From contig OY762911.1 in assembly GCA_963666565.1 (NCBI GenBank), positions 3,648,001-3,712,000 on the forward strand: a stretch of DNA of 64,000 nucleotides, given 5' to 3'. A model generated the notes under the pieces. It was not told the DNA's origin. It worked only from the letters and a program-made list of their open reading frames with translations, and ran no database searches. The stretch's first letter is position 1; the number at the start of each line of letters is the position of its first letter. Positions 19,075-29,300 of the stretch are shown one piece after another. The position numbers and the translations under genes were made by a program. The DNA is from Thermoanaerobaculia bacterium (GTDB lineage: Bacteria; Acidobacteriota; Thermoanaerobaculia; Multivoradales; Multivoraceae).

Positions 19075-20187
19075 ATGACGAACGTCGCCATGATCGGCCT
19101 CGGCTTCGGCGCCGAGTTCATCCCCATCTACCAGTCCTGTCCCGGCGCCAACGTCCACGCGATCTGCCGCCGCGACGAAGCGGAACTCAACCAGGTGGGC
19201 GACCAGTTCGGGATCGAGCGTCGCTACACGGACTACGACGACGTGCTCGCCGATCCGGACGTCGACTACGTCCACATCAACACGCCGATCCCGGACCACG
19301 CCTGGATGTCGCTTGCCGCGCTCGACGCCGGCAAGCACGTCATGTGTACCGTGCCGATGGCGACGACCGTCGACGACTGCCGCAAGATCGTCGAGAAGGT
19401 CGCGGAAACGGGCCTCAGGTACATGATGGCCGAGACGGTCGTCTACAGCCGCGAGTTCCTGTTCATCAAGGAGCTGTACGACAAGGGCGAACTCGGCGAC
19501 ATCCAGCACCTGGCGGCCTCGCACCCGCAGGACATGGACGGCTGGCCGTCCTACTGGGAGCGGATGATCCCGATGCACTACGCGACCCACGTCGTCAGCC
19601 CCTGCCTGGGCCTGGTCGACGGCCTGGCCGAGTACGTGAGCTGCTTCGGTTCAGGCGTCGTTCGCGACGACATCGCGGAGAAGTCCGGCAACCGCTTCGC
19701 CGTCGAGACCTGCCACATCAGGGTCAAGGACAGCGACCTGGTCGCCCACATCTGGCGCTTCCTCTACGACGTCGCCCGGCAGTACCGCGAGAGCTTCGAC
19801 GTCTACGGCACGAAGAAGAGCTTCGAGTGGACGCTGATCGAGGACGAACCCCACGTCCTGCACACCGCGAAGAAACCCGAGCCGGAGATCCCGGAGAAGG
19901 TCGAGGTGCCCGACTACGCGCACCTCCTGCCGCAGGAGATCCGGCACTTCACCCTGCCCCAGGAGATCCACGACGCGGAGCATCTCTCCTTCATCCAGGG
20001 CGGCGGCCACGGCGGCTCCCATCCCCACCTCGTCCACGAGTTCCTGAGCGCGCTCGGCGACGACCGCGATCCCTGGCCGAACGCGGTCACCAGCGCCAAC
20101 TGGACCTGCGTCGGCATCTGCGCCCACGAGTCCGCCAACAAGGGCGGCGAGATCGTCCGGCTGCCCGGCTTCACGCTCGGAGCTTGA
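19075..20187 (+). CDS. Gfo/Idh/MocA family oxidoreductase
   Basis: GLGFG Rossmann motif, HINTPIPDH, AGKHVMCTVPM, GHGGSHPHLVHEF. Confidence 0.9.
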   Translation: MTNVAMIGLGFGAEFIPIYQSCPGANVHAICRRDEAELNQVGDQFGIERRYTDYDDVLADPDVDYVHINTPIPDHAWMSLAALDAGKHVMCTVPMATTVDDCRKIVEKVAETGLRYMMAETVVYSREFLFIKELYDKGELGDIQHLAASHPQDMDGWPSYWERMIPMHYATHVVSPCLGLVDGLAEYVSCFGSGVVRDDIAEKSGNRFAVETCHIRVKDSDLVAHIWRFLYDVARQYRESFDVYGTKKSFEWTLIEDEPHVLHTAKKPEPEIPEKVEVPDYAHLLPQEIRHFTLPQEIHDAEHLSFIQGGGHGGSHPHLVHEFLSALGDDRDPWPNAVTSANWTCVGICAHESANKGGEIVRLPGFTLGA

Positions 20188-20230
20188 AACTGCCTACCCC
20201 CAACGCAACGGACCGCCTTCAGGAGGGCCA

Positions 20231-21664
20231 ATGAACAAGACGAAACTACTGATCGCGAGCTTCCTCACCATCCTGGTTGCCGGCCTTGGCACGGCGGTCC
20301 GGGGCGGCCTCCTTCTGGAGTGGGGCACGGCGTTCGGCTTCACGCAGACGGAACTCGGACAGATCACCGGCGGCGGCTTCGTCGGCTTCGGACTCGTCAT
20401 CCTCGTCGCCAGCGCGTTCCTCGACCGCTACGGTTACAAGCCGTTCCTGCTGGGCGCGGGCGTTCTGCACGTGCTGTCGGTCGTCGTGGCCGTCGCGGCC
20501 ACCTTCGTCTACAACGGATCGATCGAAACGAACCCGGACTTCGCCCGTGCCGGGGCCTACTTCTGCCTGTTCTGGGGCGTCTTCATCTTCGCGGTCGCGA
20601 ACGGCATCTGCGAAGCGGTCATCAACCCGCTGGTCGCGACCCTGTACCGCAAGGAGAAGACCCACTACCTGAACATCCTGCACGCCGGCTGGCCCGCCGG
20701 CCTGATCTGCGGCTCTCTCCTGGGTATCGGCCTGATCGGCCGCGTGCGCTGGGAGATCGTCCTCGCGCTCTATCTCGTTCCGACCCTCATCTATGTCCTG
20801 ATGATGGTCAAGGAGAAGTTCCCCACGTCCGAGGCGGCCGCCGCCGGCGTCAAGTTCGTCGACATGGTCAAGGAGTTCGCGGCGCCCATGCTGCTCTTCC
20901 TGCTCGTGCTCCACGTCTGCATCGGCTACGTCGAGCTCGGCACGGACAGTTGGATCGTCAACATCATGGACACCGTCCTCGGCGGCAAGGGGTTGTTCAT
21001 CCTGCTCTACACGTCCATCCTGATGTTCGTGCTGCGCTTCTTCGCCGGCCCGATCGTTCACCGGATCAATCCGCTCGGCCTGCTGTTCGTGAGCGCCGTC
21101 GTCGCCGCCATCGGCCTCTACTCGCTCGGTTCGCTCGCAGGCGCGGTCACCGTCATGATCGCCGCCACGATCTACGGCGCCGGCAAGGCCTTCTTCTGGC
21201 CGACCATGCTGGCCGTCGTCTCCGAGCGCTTCCCGCGCGGCGGCGCCCTGACGCTGGGCGCCGTCGGCGGCGTCGGCATGCTCTCGGCGGGGCTGCTCGG
21301 TGGACCGGGCATCGGCTACCTCCAGGACCGGCACGCCTCGCAGCACCTGCTGGAAAACAGACCCGCCGTCTACGAGGAGTACAAGGCCGAAGGCACGAAC
21401 AGCTTCCTGTTCTTCGCCCCGGTCCAGGGCCTCGACGGCTCGAAGGCCGGCCCGGTCATGGAGAAGGCGAAGGACTTCAGCATCACGCTACCGCCGGACG
21501 AGCAGGCGGTGCGCGACGCGTCGTTCCACGGCGGCCAGACCGCCCTGCGGATCACCGCGGCCATACCCGTGTTCATGGCGCTCGGCTTCCTCTACCTGAT
21601 CCTCCACTTCCGGCGTGCAGGCGGCTACAAGCAGATCGAACTGGAGGCGCAGCAGGAGACCTGA
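20231..21664 (+). CDS. MFS transporter (sugar type)
   Basis: About 12 hydrophobic helices; DRYGYK loop, EAVINPLVATLY, FFWPTML..SERFPRGG. Confidence 0.9.
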   Translation: MNKTKLLIASFLTILVAGLGTAVRGGLLLEWGTAFGFTQTELGQITGGGFVGFGLVILVASAFLDRYGYKPFLLGAGVLHVLSVVVAVAATFVYNGSIETNPDFARAGAYFCLFWGVFIFAVANGICEAVINPLVATLYRKEKTHYLNILHAGWPAGLICGSLLGIGLIGRVRWEIVLALYLVPTLIYVLMMVKEKFPTSEAAAAGVKFVDMVKEFAAPMLLFLLVLHVCIGYVELGTDSWIVNIMDTVLGGKGLFILLYTSILMFVLRFFAGPIVHRINPLGLLFVSAVVAAIGLYSLGSLAGAVTVMIAATIYGAGKAFFWPTMLAVVSERFPRGGALTLGAVGGVGMLSAGLLGGPGIGYLQDRHASQHLLENRPAVYEEYKAEGTNSFLFFAPVQGLDGSKAGPVMEKAKDFSITLPPDEQAVRDASFHGGQTALRITAAIPVFMALGFLYLILHFRRAGGYKQIELEAQQET

Positions 21665-21697
21665 AAGGAACCGCGCGACCGAAGGCCTGCCCACACG

Positions 21698-21784
21698 ATG
21701 ACCGACCTGCTCGGCGCGGCGCCGGGTCTCTACGAGTCGGTGGAAGACATCGACCGGGAGATCGAGGACGGGCGAGCGGAGTGA
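21698..21784 (+). pseudogene. Possible antitoxin C-terminal remnant (28 aa)
   Basis: MTDLLGAAPGLYESVEDIDREIEDGRAE* resembles antitoxin acidic tails; weak resemblance only. Confidence 0.25.
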
Positions 21785-21912
21785 GGCCTCGTCCGTCGTG
21801 AGTCGTCGCGTGCGGGCGCTTCAGGACCTGGACGGCTGAGGACGAAGGGGGCTAGCGCCTCGTGGTCCGGCGCGTCCTTCCGGTAGCCTCCACCGTCTGC
21901 CAACGCCCCAAG

Positions 21913-24900
21913 ATGCCCGATTCGCCACTCAGTGAGCTGCGCGGCAAGCGCAGGATCACGGTTCCCCTGGATGCCGGCCGGGCACCGACCTTGGCCGCCG
22001 CTGCCGAAGTCGTCCTCGGCGACGACCCGCATGGCGGCGAGCTGCAGGTCCTGATCGCGAAACGCCACGGAGCCGGCGACCCGTCGATCCCGGAGCTCCG
22101 CACGCTGCATCGCTGGCGACAGGGCAAGAGGACGTTTCCACTGGTGACGGTGATCCGCCCTGACACGGAAGAACCGGGGACGATCAGAGACGTCAGCGCC
22201 GCGACTGGCGCGGAAACCAACCAGCCGAGCCTGCTGACCGACCGCGGCGACGAAGCCTCGTTTCGCCAGCGCTGGCTCAGCGGGCAGGGAGGTTTCTCCG
22301 AAGAGAGTGCAACCGGCGAGCCGTCCTGGGTTCTCGTGCTGGGACCGGACCTGGAGGTAGCCCCCGCACGACTTCCCGAGGAACAGGCGGCGCGGATGCT
22401 CCAGGCCGCCCTCGACGAACCGTCCGCGGTTTCGGCCCGGCGGCGAATCGTCGGCCTGCTGAAGCAGTCGGCGGGAACCGGAGACGACACCGGCACGCGC
22501 CCCGGCATGAACAACGCCGGTCTCTTCTCACGGCACTACCTGGTCCGATCTCTGCCGGGCGAGGCACGCTGGACGGCGGCGCGGCGGCGCGCGCGGCTGC
22601 TGCTTGACCGACGCGGCATGGACCTGATCCGCGGCCTCGGCTTCCGGATCGGCGATCGATTCGATCAGGCTCTCGTCCTCTTGGGCAAGAACAGCGGACA
22701 GCGCGCAGTCGCCGTCCTTCTCGAACGAACGGAGACCTTTGAAGCCGGGAGCGGGCGTCTCGGCATGTCGCCCGCCGCCTACGGTCTGGACAGGGCCTCG
22801 AAGCGTGGCGCGGAGTGGCTCATCCTGCTCCGAGGCGATCAGATTCGCCTCTACGCCACGAAGCCGGGAACGGGGGTCGGCAGCCGAAGCCCGGTAGACA
22901 CATGGTTCCAACTAGACCTCGCCGCGCTCGCCCCGGAGGACGCCGGGTACCTGGACCTGGTCTTCTCCGCCGCCGCTCTCTCGCCGGAGGGCGCCGTCGC
23001 CAACCTGCTCGCCAGATCGAGGCAGTTCGCCACCGACCTCGGCGATCGTCTCCGGCAGCGCGTGTACGAGCGGGTCATTCCCGGCCTCGCCGTTGGCGTA
23101 GCGGAAGCGCTGGACCGGCTGCCGGGGCGCGAGGGGTCGGGCGACCTGAGCTACGCCTACCGGCTCAGCCTGCGGATCTTCTTCCGGCTCCTCTTCCAGG
23201 CCTACGCCGAAGACCGCGGCCTCCTTCCCTACGGCCGGAACGATCGCTTCGACCTCCACTCCCTGAAGCGCCTCGCCGTCACGCTCTCCTCCTCCGACAG
23301 GCCAGCCGCGACGTTCGACGCCGGCGCCACCACCCTGTGGCGCGACCTCCAGACGATCTGGAAGGCGATCGACAAGGGCGACCGCGGACTGGACGTCCCC
23401 GCCTACAACGGTGGCCTGTTCGACGCGGACCCCGGCTTCCGGCGCGAGGGTACGGACCTCGCGGACATCGAACTCGGCGATGACTGCATCGGGCCGGCCC
23501 TGCGCGACCTGCTGGTCGACGAGACTCCGGACGGCGACGTCGGCCCCGTCGACTTCCGGTCACTCTCCGTGCGCGAGTTCGGGACGATCTACGAAGGGCT
23601 GCTCGAGTCCGAGTTGAGCCGGGCAGACATGGACCTGACGATCGACAAGAAGAACGTCTACGTGCCCGCTCGGCCGAAAGACGAGGTCGTCGTCCCGAAG
23701 GGTGACGTCTACTTCCACAACCGGTCCGGCGAGCGCAAGGCGACCGGCTCCTACTTCACGCCCGAGTTCGCGGTGGAGCACCTGTTGGACCACGCGCTGG
23801 AGCCAGTCCTCGCGGAGCACCTGAAGCGCGTGGAGAAACTGCACGACCGGGGCGACCACGCGAGCGCCGCCGAGGCCTTCTGGGACTTCCGCGTCGCCGA
23901 CATCTCGATGGGCTCGGGCCACTTCCTGATCGCGGCCGTCGACCGCATCGAGCGGGGGATGCGCAGGTTCCTGGCGGACCGCCCGCTCGCCAGCGTGAAC
24001 GACGAACTCCGCCGGCTCGAGCGCAAGGCGCGCGAAGCGCTCGGGTCCCCGGGCGACCGCCGGCGGGACGGTCCCGAACTCGAGCCCTCGACGCTGCTCC
24101 GCCGCCAGATCGCCCGCCGTTGCATCCATGGCGTGGACGTGAACGAGACCGCCGTTGAGCTCGCGCGGGTCGCGGCCTGGATCCACACCTTCGTGCCCGG
24201 CTTGCCCATGTCGACGCTCGATCACAACCTCGTCCGCGGCGATTCGCTGACCGGTATCGGCACGGTGGACGAGGCGCTCGACGTGCTGGACCCGGATCGG
24301 GGCACTGCACAGGGGTCGCTGTTCTCGCAGCCGATCGAGGAGGCCATGGCCGAAGCGGCCGAGGCGCTCGGAGAGGTGGCCGCTGCTCAGGAAGCAGACA
24401 CGGCGGAGGTCCTACGGAATCGCGAGGCGCTGGAAGACGCGAAGGCCCGAGCCGTGCCGGCCCGCCGCCTCTTTGACGCCGCGGTCGCGGTCCGGCTGGG
24501 CGTTGCCGAGACTAAGGCCGTGGGCGACGTAGAGGCGATCGCCAGGATCGCCGACCGGCCCGAGGTCGAAGGCGAGATAGAGCGCCTGCAGCCGGTCCAC
24601 ATGCCGCTTCGGTTCCCGCAGGTGTTCGAGAGAGAGTCGCCCGGGTTCGACGTTCTGATCGGGAATCCGCCTTGGGAAGAAGCAACGGTGGAAGAACTCG
24701 GGTTTTGGACAGCCCGGTTTCCCGGTCTCAAGGCACTGAGGCAGCAAGAGCAGATCCCGAGAATCCAACAGATCCGCCAAGACCGTCCGGATCTGGTGAC
24801 CCACCTAGACAACGAGGTCTCCCGTGCCCAGCGCCTCAGGAATGCACTCCACGCCGGCCCGTATCCCGGCATGGGAACCGGTGACCCAGACCTCTACAAG

Positions 24901-26322
24901 GCCTTCTGCTGGCGCTTCTGGCACGTCGTCCGGGAGGACGGCGCCTTCGGCGTCGTGCTTCCCGGGTCGGCACTCACGACCAAGGGGTCGGCCAACTGGA
25001 GAAAGGCGGTCTTGAAAGGAGGCGCATTCTCCGACTTGACGCTGCTGGCGAACAGGAACGAGTGGGTGTTCGAGATCGACCCAAGCTACACGATCGGCTT
25101 GGTCACCGCGCGGAAGGGACGCGATCACAGTGGCGTCCTTCGGCTCCGCGGCCCCTTCGACGACTTGGCCTCCTATCGACGCGGAGCGAAGGCCACCGCG
25201 ACCGAGATCCTGGTCGAGGAGTTCCTGACCTGGACGAAGACAGCCTCGATCCCCGCCGTCCCCAGCGATGAGGCACTCAGGGTGTTCCGTCGCATGTGCG
25301 CCCATCCACGCCTAGATTTCGCCTCAGAGAATCAACCGGAACCTGCGCGCACCTCGGGTTTGGTGTCGACTTGGCGAGCGCGCCCAGCGACCGAATTCCA
25401 CGCCACCAACGACAAGCGGTTCTTCCGGCTCGATGTTCCGGCCATCGACGTGTCCGACCGCGGCGCCAGCTTGACGCGACCAACGGCAAGCGACACAAAG
25501 GACGGGCCATCCCTTTGGCCCGTCTACGGGGGCCGGTCCTTTCACTTCTGGAAGCCGGATACGGGTGAGTACTACGCTTGGGCCGATCCAGGCCGCATCG
25601 TCAAGGTACTCCAGAAGAAGCGGCTGCGGGGCCAACGTACCAGCACTTCGCCCTTCAGAGAGTTCAGTCACGAATGGGCGGCCGATTCGGCCACCCTGCC
25701 CTGCCTTCATCCTCGGGTCGTCTTCCGCGACATCGCGGCAGCCGCACGCCCACGCGCCGTCATCGCGGCCTTGATCCCGGGAGAAAGGGTCATCACCAAC
25801 AAGGGACCGTACCTACTGTTGCCGCTGGGAACAGAAGCGGACGAGGCCTTTCTCGTCGGCATCCTGAGCTCCATGGTCCTAGATTGGTTCGCCCGGAGAC
25901 TAGTGAAACTGAATCTGAGCTTCTTCATCTTCAACGCTCTCCCCATCCCCCGGCCCGAGTTCGACGATCGGGACCCCAGCTCCCCTGGCATCCGGCTCCG
26001 CACCCGCGTGATCGAGATCGCCGGCCGCCTCGCCACGGCCGAGCCGGACCACCCGGGCTTCCGCGAGTGGGCCGCCGCGGTCGGGGTTGATGCAGGTTCC
26101 GTCCGTTCGGAGGCCGAGAAGAACGACCTGATCGAGGAACTCGACGCCGTGGTAGCGCTGCTCTACGGGCTCGACGACGCGGATCTGACCGTCATTTACG
26201 ACACGTTCCACACCGGCGCGGACTACTCGGATCGCTGCCGGCGTGTGATCGAACACGCACGGGCCTGGCGGAATCGCCTCGGATTTTCGGTCGGCGACTC
26301 GGGTTCAGGCGACACACCGTGA
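21913..26322 (+). CDS. Large N6-adenine DNA methyltransferase (Eco57I/type IIG, DrmMI/PglX-like architecture)
   Basis: RLLFQAYAEDRGLL, YNGGLF, FGTIYEGLL, RKATGSYFTP, motif I DISMGSGHFL, motif IV GNPPW, DLYKAF, C-terminal TRD and ELDAVVALLYGL. Start uncertain (21862 or 21913). Confidence 0.92.
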   Translation: MPDSPLSELRGKRRITVPLDAGRAPTLAAAAEVVLGDDPHGGELQVLIAKRHGAGDPSIPELRTLHRWRQGKRTFPLVTVIRPDTEEPGTIRDVSAATGAETNQPSLLTDRGDEASFRQRWLSGQGGFSEESATGEPSWVLVLGPDLEVAPARLPEEQAARMLQAALDEPSAVSARRRIVGLLKQSAGTGDDTGTRPGMNNAGLFSRHYLVRSLPGEARWTAARRRARLLLDRRGMDLIRGLGFRIGDRFDQALVLLGKNSGQRAVAVLLERTETFEAGSGRLGMSPAAYGLDRASKRGAEWLILLRGDQIRLYATKPGTGVGSRSPVDTWFQLDLAALAPEDAGYLDLVFSAAALSPEGAVANLLARSRQFATDLGDRLRQRVYERVIPGLAVGVAEALDRLPGREGSGDLSYAYRLSLRIFFRLLFQAYAEDRGLLPYGRNDRFDLHSLKRLAVTLSSSDRPAATFDAGATTLWRDLQTIWKAIDKGDRGLDVPAYNGGLFDADPGFRREGTDLADIELGDDCIGPALRDLLVDETPDGDVGPVDFRSLSVREFGTIYEGLLESELSRADMDLTIDKKNVYVPARPKDEVVVPKGDVYFHNRSGERKATGSYFTPEFAVEHLLDHALEPVLAEHLKRVEKLHDRGDHASAAEAFWDFRVADISMGSGHFLIAAVDRIERGMRRFLADRPLASVNDELRRLERKAREALGSPGDRRRDGPELEPSTLLRRQIARRCIHGVDVNETAVELARVAAWIHTFVPGLPMSTLDHNLVRGDSLTGIGTVDEALDVLDPDRGTAQGSLFSQPIEEAMAEAAEALGEVAAAQEADTAEVLRNREALEDAKARAVPARRLFDAAVAVRLGVAETKAVGDVEAIARIADRPEVEGEIERLQPVHMPLRFPQVFERESPGFDVLIGNPPWEEATVEELGFWTARFPGLKALRQQEQIPRIQQIRQDRPDLVTHLDNEVSRAQRLRNALHAGPYPGMGTGDPDLYKAFCWRFWHVVREDGAFGVVLPGSALTTKGSANWRKAVLKGGAFSDLTLLANRNEWVFEIDPSYTIGLVTARKGRDHSGVLRLRGPFDDLASYRRGAKATATEILVEEFLTWTKTASIPAVPSDEALRVFRRMCAHPRLDFASENQPEPARTSGLVSTWRARPATEFHATNDKRFFRLDVPAIDVSDRGASLTRPTASDTKDGPSLWPVYGGRSFHFWKPDTGEYYAWADPGRIVKVLQKKRLRGQRTSTSPFREFSHEWAADSATLPCLHPRVVFRDIAAAARPRAVIAALIPGERVITNKGPYLLLPLGTEADEAFLVGILSSMVLDWFARRLVKLNLSFFIFNALPIPRPEFDDRDPSSPGIRLRTRVIEIAGRLATAEPDHPGFREWAAAVGVDAGSVRSEAEKNDLIEELDAVVALLYGLDDADLTVIYDTFHTGADYSDRCRRVIEHARAWRNRLGFSVGDSGSGDTP

Positions 26323-29300
26323 CGACGACGCCGAGTGGCGCCCGCGCCATCTTCCCTCCCGTTTTCGCCACGAACCGGCCGGAACGGGGCGAGACGGTCG
26401 CGGCCGAGATCAACCGATTGCTCCGGGGCAAGCGGAAGTCCCACCGCGCCCCGCAGCCCGTCGCCATCGCGACGGCCTACCTCAATCCGGCTGGCATCGC
26501 GTTGCTGCTCGACGAACTGGAGCGGGCGCCCCGGGTCCGTTTGCTGCTGGGCGCGGAACCGGACCGGGCAACGGCGCGGCCGACGACGGCCGGGCTGAGC
26601 CTCAAGGACCTCCACCAGGCCCTCCGGCTGCACGAGGCCTGGCTCGCCGCCGAACGGGACCTGACGGGCTTCTCCCGCGAGGCGGACGGCGCTGCGCGGA
26701 GGCTGGTCGAGTGGCTGCGCTCGAACGATGCCGGCGACGGGCACAGAGTCCAGGTCCGCCGCTACGAGGACGGCTTCCTGCACGGCAAGGCGTTCCTCGT
26801 GGAGCACGAGATGGAGCCCGCCGTGCTCGCGGGTTCCTCAAACCTGACCCACGCCGGACTGATGACGAACGCCGAGCTCAACCTCGGCTATCCGTCGAGC
26901 CAGCACACCCACCTCGTGCAGGGCTGGTTCGGGTACTTCTGGGAGCATTCGGCGCCGTTTCCGCTGGCCGAGATCTACGCCTCGCGCTGGGATCCTCATT
27001 CCCCCTGGATCGTCTTCCTCCGCATGCTCTGGGAGCTCTACGGCAGGGATCTCGAAGCGGACGACCGTGCGGCGCTAGCCGAGGAGCTCAGCCTGACGGC
27101 CTTCCAGCGCGACGGCGTGGCCCGCGCGCTGCGGTTGCTCAAGGCGAACGGCGGCGTCCTGGTCGCGGACGAAGTCGGGCTCGGCAAGACCTTCATCGCT
27201 GCCGAGATGATCCGCAGGGCGACCGAGGAGAACCGACAACGGGTGCTGGTGCTGGCGCCGGCCGCGCTCAAGGAGAGCATGTGGGATCCCTTCCTCGATG
27301 GACACGGATTCTCCCGCCGGGTCCAGTGCATGTCTTACGACGAACTCCGGGTCGCCTGGCAGCGCGACGAGGAGGACACGCGACGGCGGCTCGACGACTA
27401 CGCGCTGGTCATCGTCGACGAGGCACACAACTTGAGAAACCCGCAGGCGCAGCGGACGGAGACGGTCGCAGCGCTGGTCGGCGGAGAGCATCCGAAGCAG
27501 GTCGTCCTGCTCACGGCCACTCCGGTCAACAACAGTCTGGGCGACCTCCACGCCCTGGTGTCGCTCTTCATCCGCAACGACGCGTTCTTCGCCCATGCCG
27601 GCATCCCGTCGATTCGCGGCTACATCGCGGAGGCCGAGCGCATCGACCCGGAGTCGCTGTCGCCCGAACGCCTGTTCGATCTGCTCGACCGCACGACCGT
27701 CCGCAGAACGCGGAGCTTCGTCAAGGACCACTATCGGAACGACCGCTTCGTCGGCCCGGACGGCACGGAGCAGACGATCACGTTCCCCACGCCCGCGCTC
27801 CACCGACTCGACTACGAACTCGACGCGGCAGGCGAAGCGCTGCTCGATGCCGTCACCCGCGCGCTGGACTCGCCGGACGAACCCGGCGGAGAGCAGCCAG
27901 GCGGGACGGAGGCCGCGGCCGACCCGGACCGGCTGATTCTCGCCCGCTACACGCCGGACGCATACAGGCGGCGCGGCGGCAAGGAATACCGGACACAGCT
28001 CTCGAACGCCGGCCTGCTCCGCTGCGCCCTGCTCAAGTGCCTGGAGTCCTCGGCGGCGGCTCTCCGGTCGACGCTGGGCACGCTGATCCACTCGCACGAG
28101 GCGTTCCTCGAGGCTCTTGGCGCTGGCTGGGTGCTGACGGGCGACGCGCTCAGGGACTGGATCGCCTCCGATGCGGAGGATCTCGAAGAGCACATCGCTT
28201 GGCTCGATGATCGCTCGAAGTCCGGCGCCGCCGAGGCTTCCGAGTACCGGGCGGCTGACCTGGGCGCCGACGTGCGGGCCGACCTAGCCCTGCTGGAACG
28301 ACTGAGCGCCCTGGCCGAGGCGGCTGCGGGCCAGGCGCGCGAACCCAAGTCCGAACGACTCGTATCCCGCCTGCGCGAGGTGGCCGCCGAGGCGCGGACG
28401 GTCAGCCGCGAGGGAATCGCCGCCTCCGACCGGCGCAAGACGATCGTCTTCACGAGCTTCGTCGCCACGGTGCGAGACCTCCAGGAACGGGTAAGGCAAG
28501 CGGTTGACGCCGCGGTGCCCGACGACCCGCTCTCCGACTTCCGCGGCCGACTCCCCGGGCAGCCGATCCACGGGCAGAAGACCGGGGTGGACCAGCACCA
28601 CCGGGCACGGGTCCTCGGACGCTTCGCGCCCAGGACCGCCGGCTCGGGGCACGAAGAGGATCGTTACGACCTCCTGTTCTCGACCGACGTTCTCTCCGAA
28701 GGCGTCAACCTCCAGCAGGCCGGACGGATCGTGAACTACGATCTGCCATGGAACCCGATGCGGGTCGTCCAGCGGCACGGGCGCATCGACCGCATCGGGT
28801 CCTCCCACCGACGCATCGCCCTCGACTGCTTCTTTCCCGCCAGCAGGCTCGAAGAGCTGCTCGACCTTGAACAGCGCCTGCGCCGCAAGCTGGCCCTGGC
28901 CAACGCCGCGGTCGGCACGGGCGACGTGCTGCCCGGGGTCGACTCCGGTGCCGGCCAGGTCTTCAGCGACACGACGCGGGACCAGATCATGGAAATCCAC
29001 GACGAGGACGCGTCCATCCTGGAACACGGCGGGCAGCACCGGGCGCTCTCCGGCGAGGAGTATCGGCATCGCCTGCGCCAGTCGATGAAGCCGGACGCGG
29101 AGCGAGGGGAGGTCCTGGGCCTGCCCTGGGCCTCCGGGTCCGGCTTCCGCAATCCCGGCACGAGGCAGTCCGGTTTCGTCTTCTGCATTCGTGTCGGCCA
29201 ATGCCGGACCGAGGCCGCCTCACGTTCCCGGAGCAGACCCTCTGCCCCAAGCCGACGCCCGACCTGCGGCCGGGCGGACTGCGAAGTCTGCCGCCGCGAT

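Noticed and set aside
14435-19127. 1547-aa (+) and 1026-aa (-) ORFs over the cytochrome gene
   Set aside because: Arg/Pro/Gly-rich off-frame and antisense shadows with no motifs.
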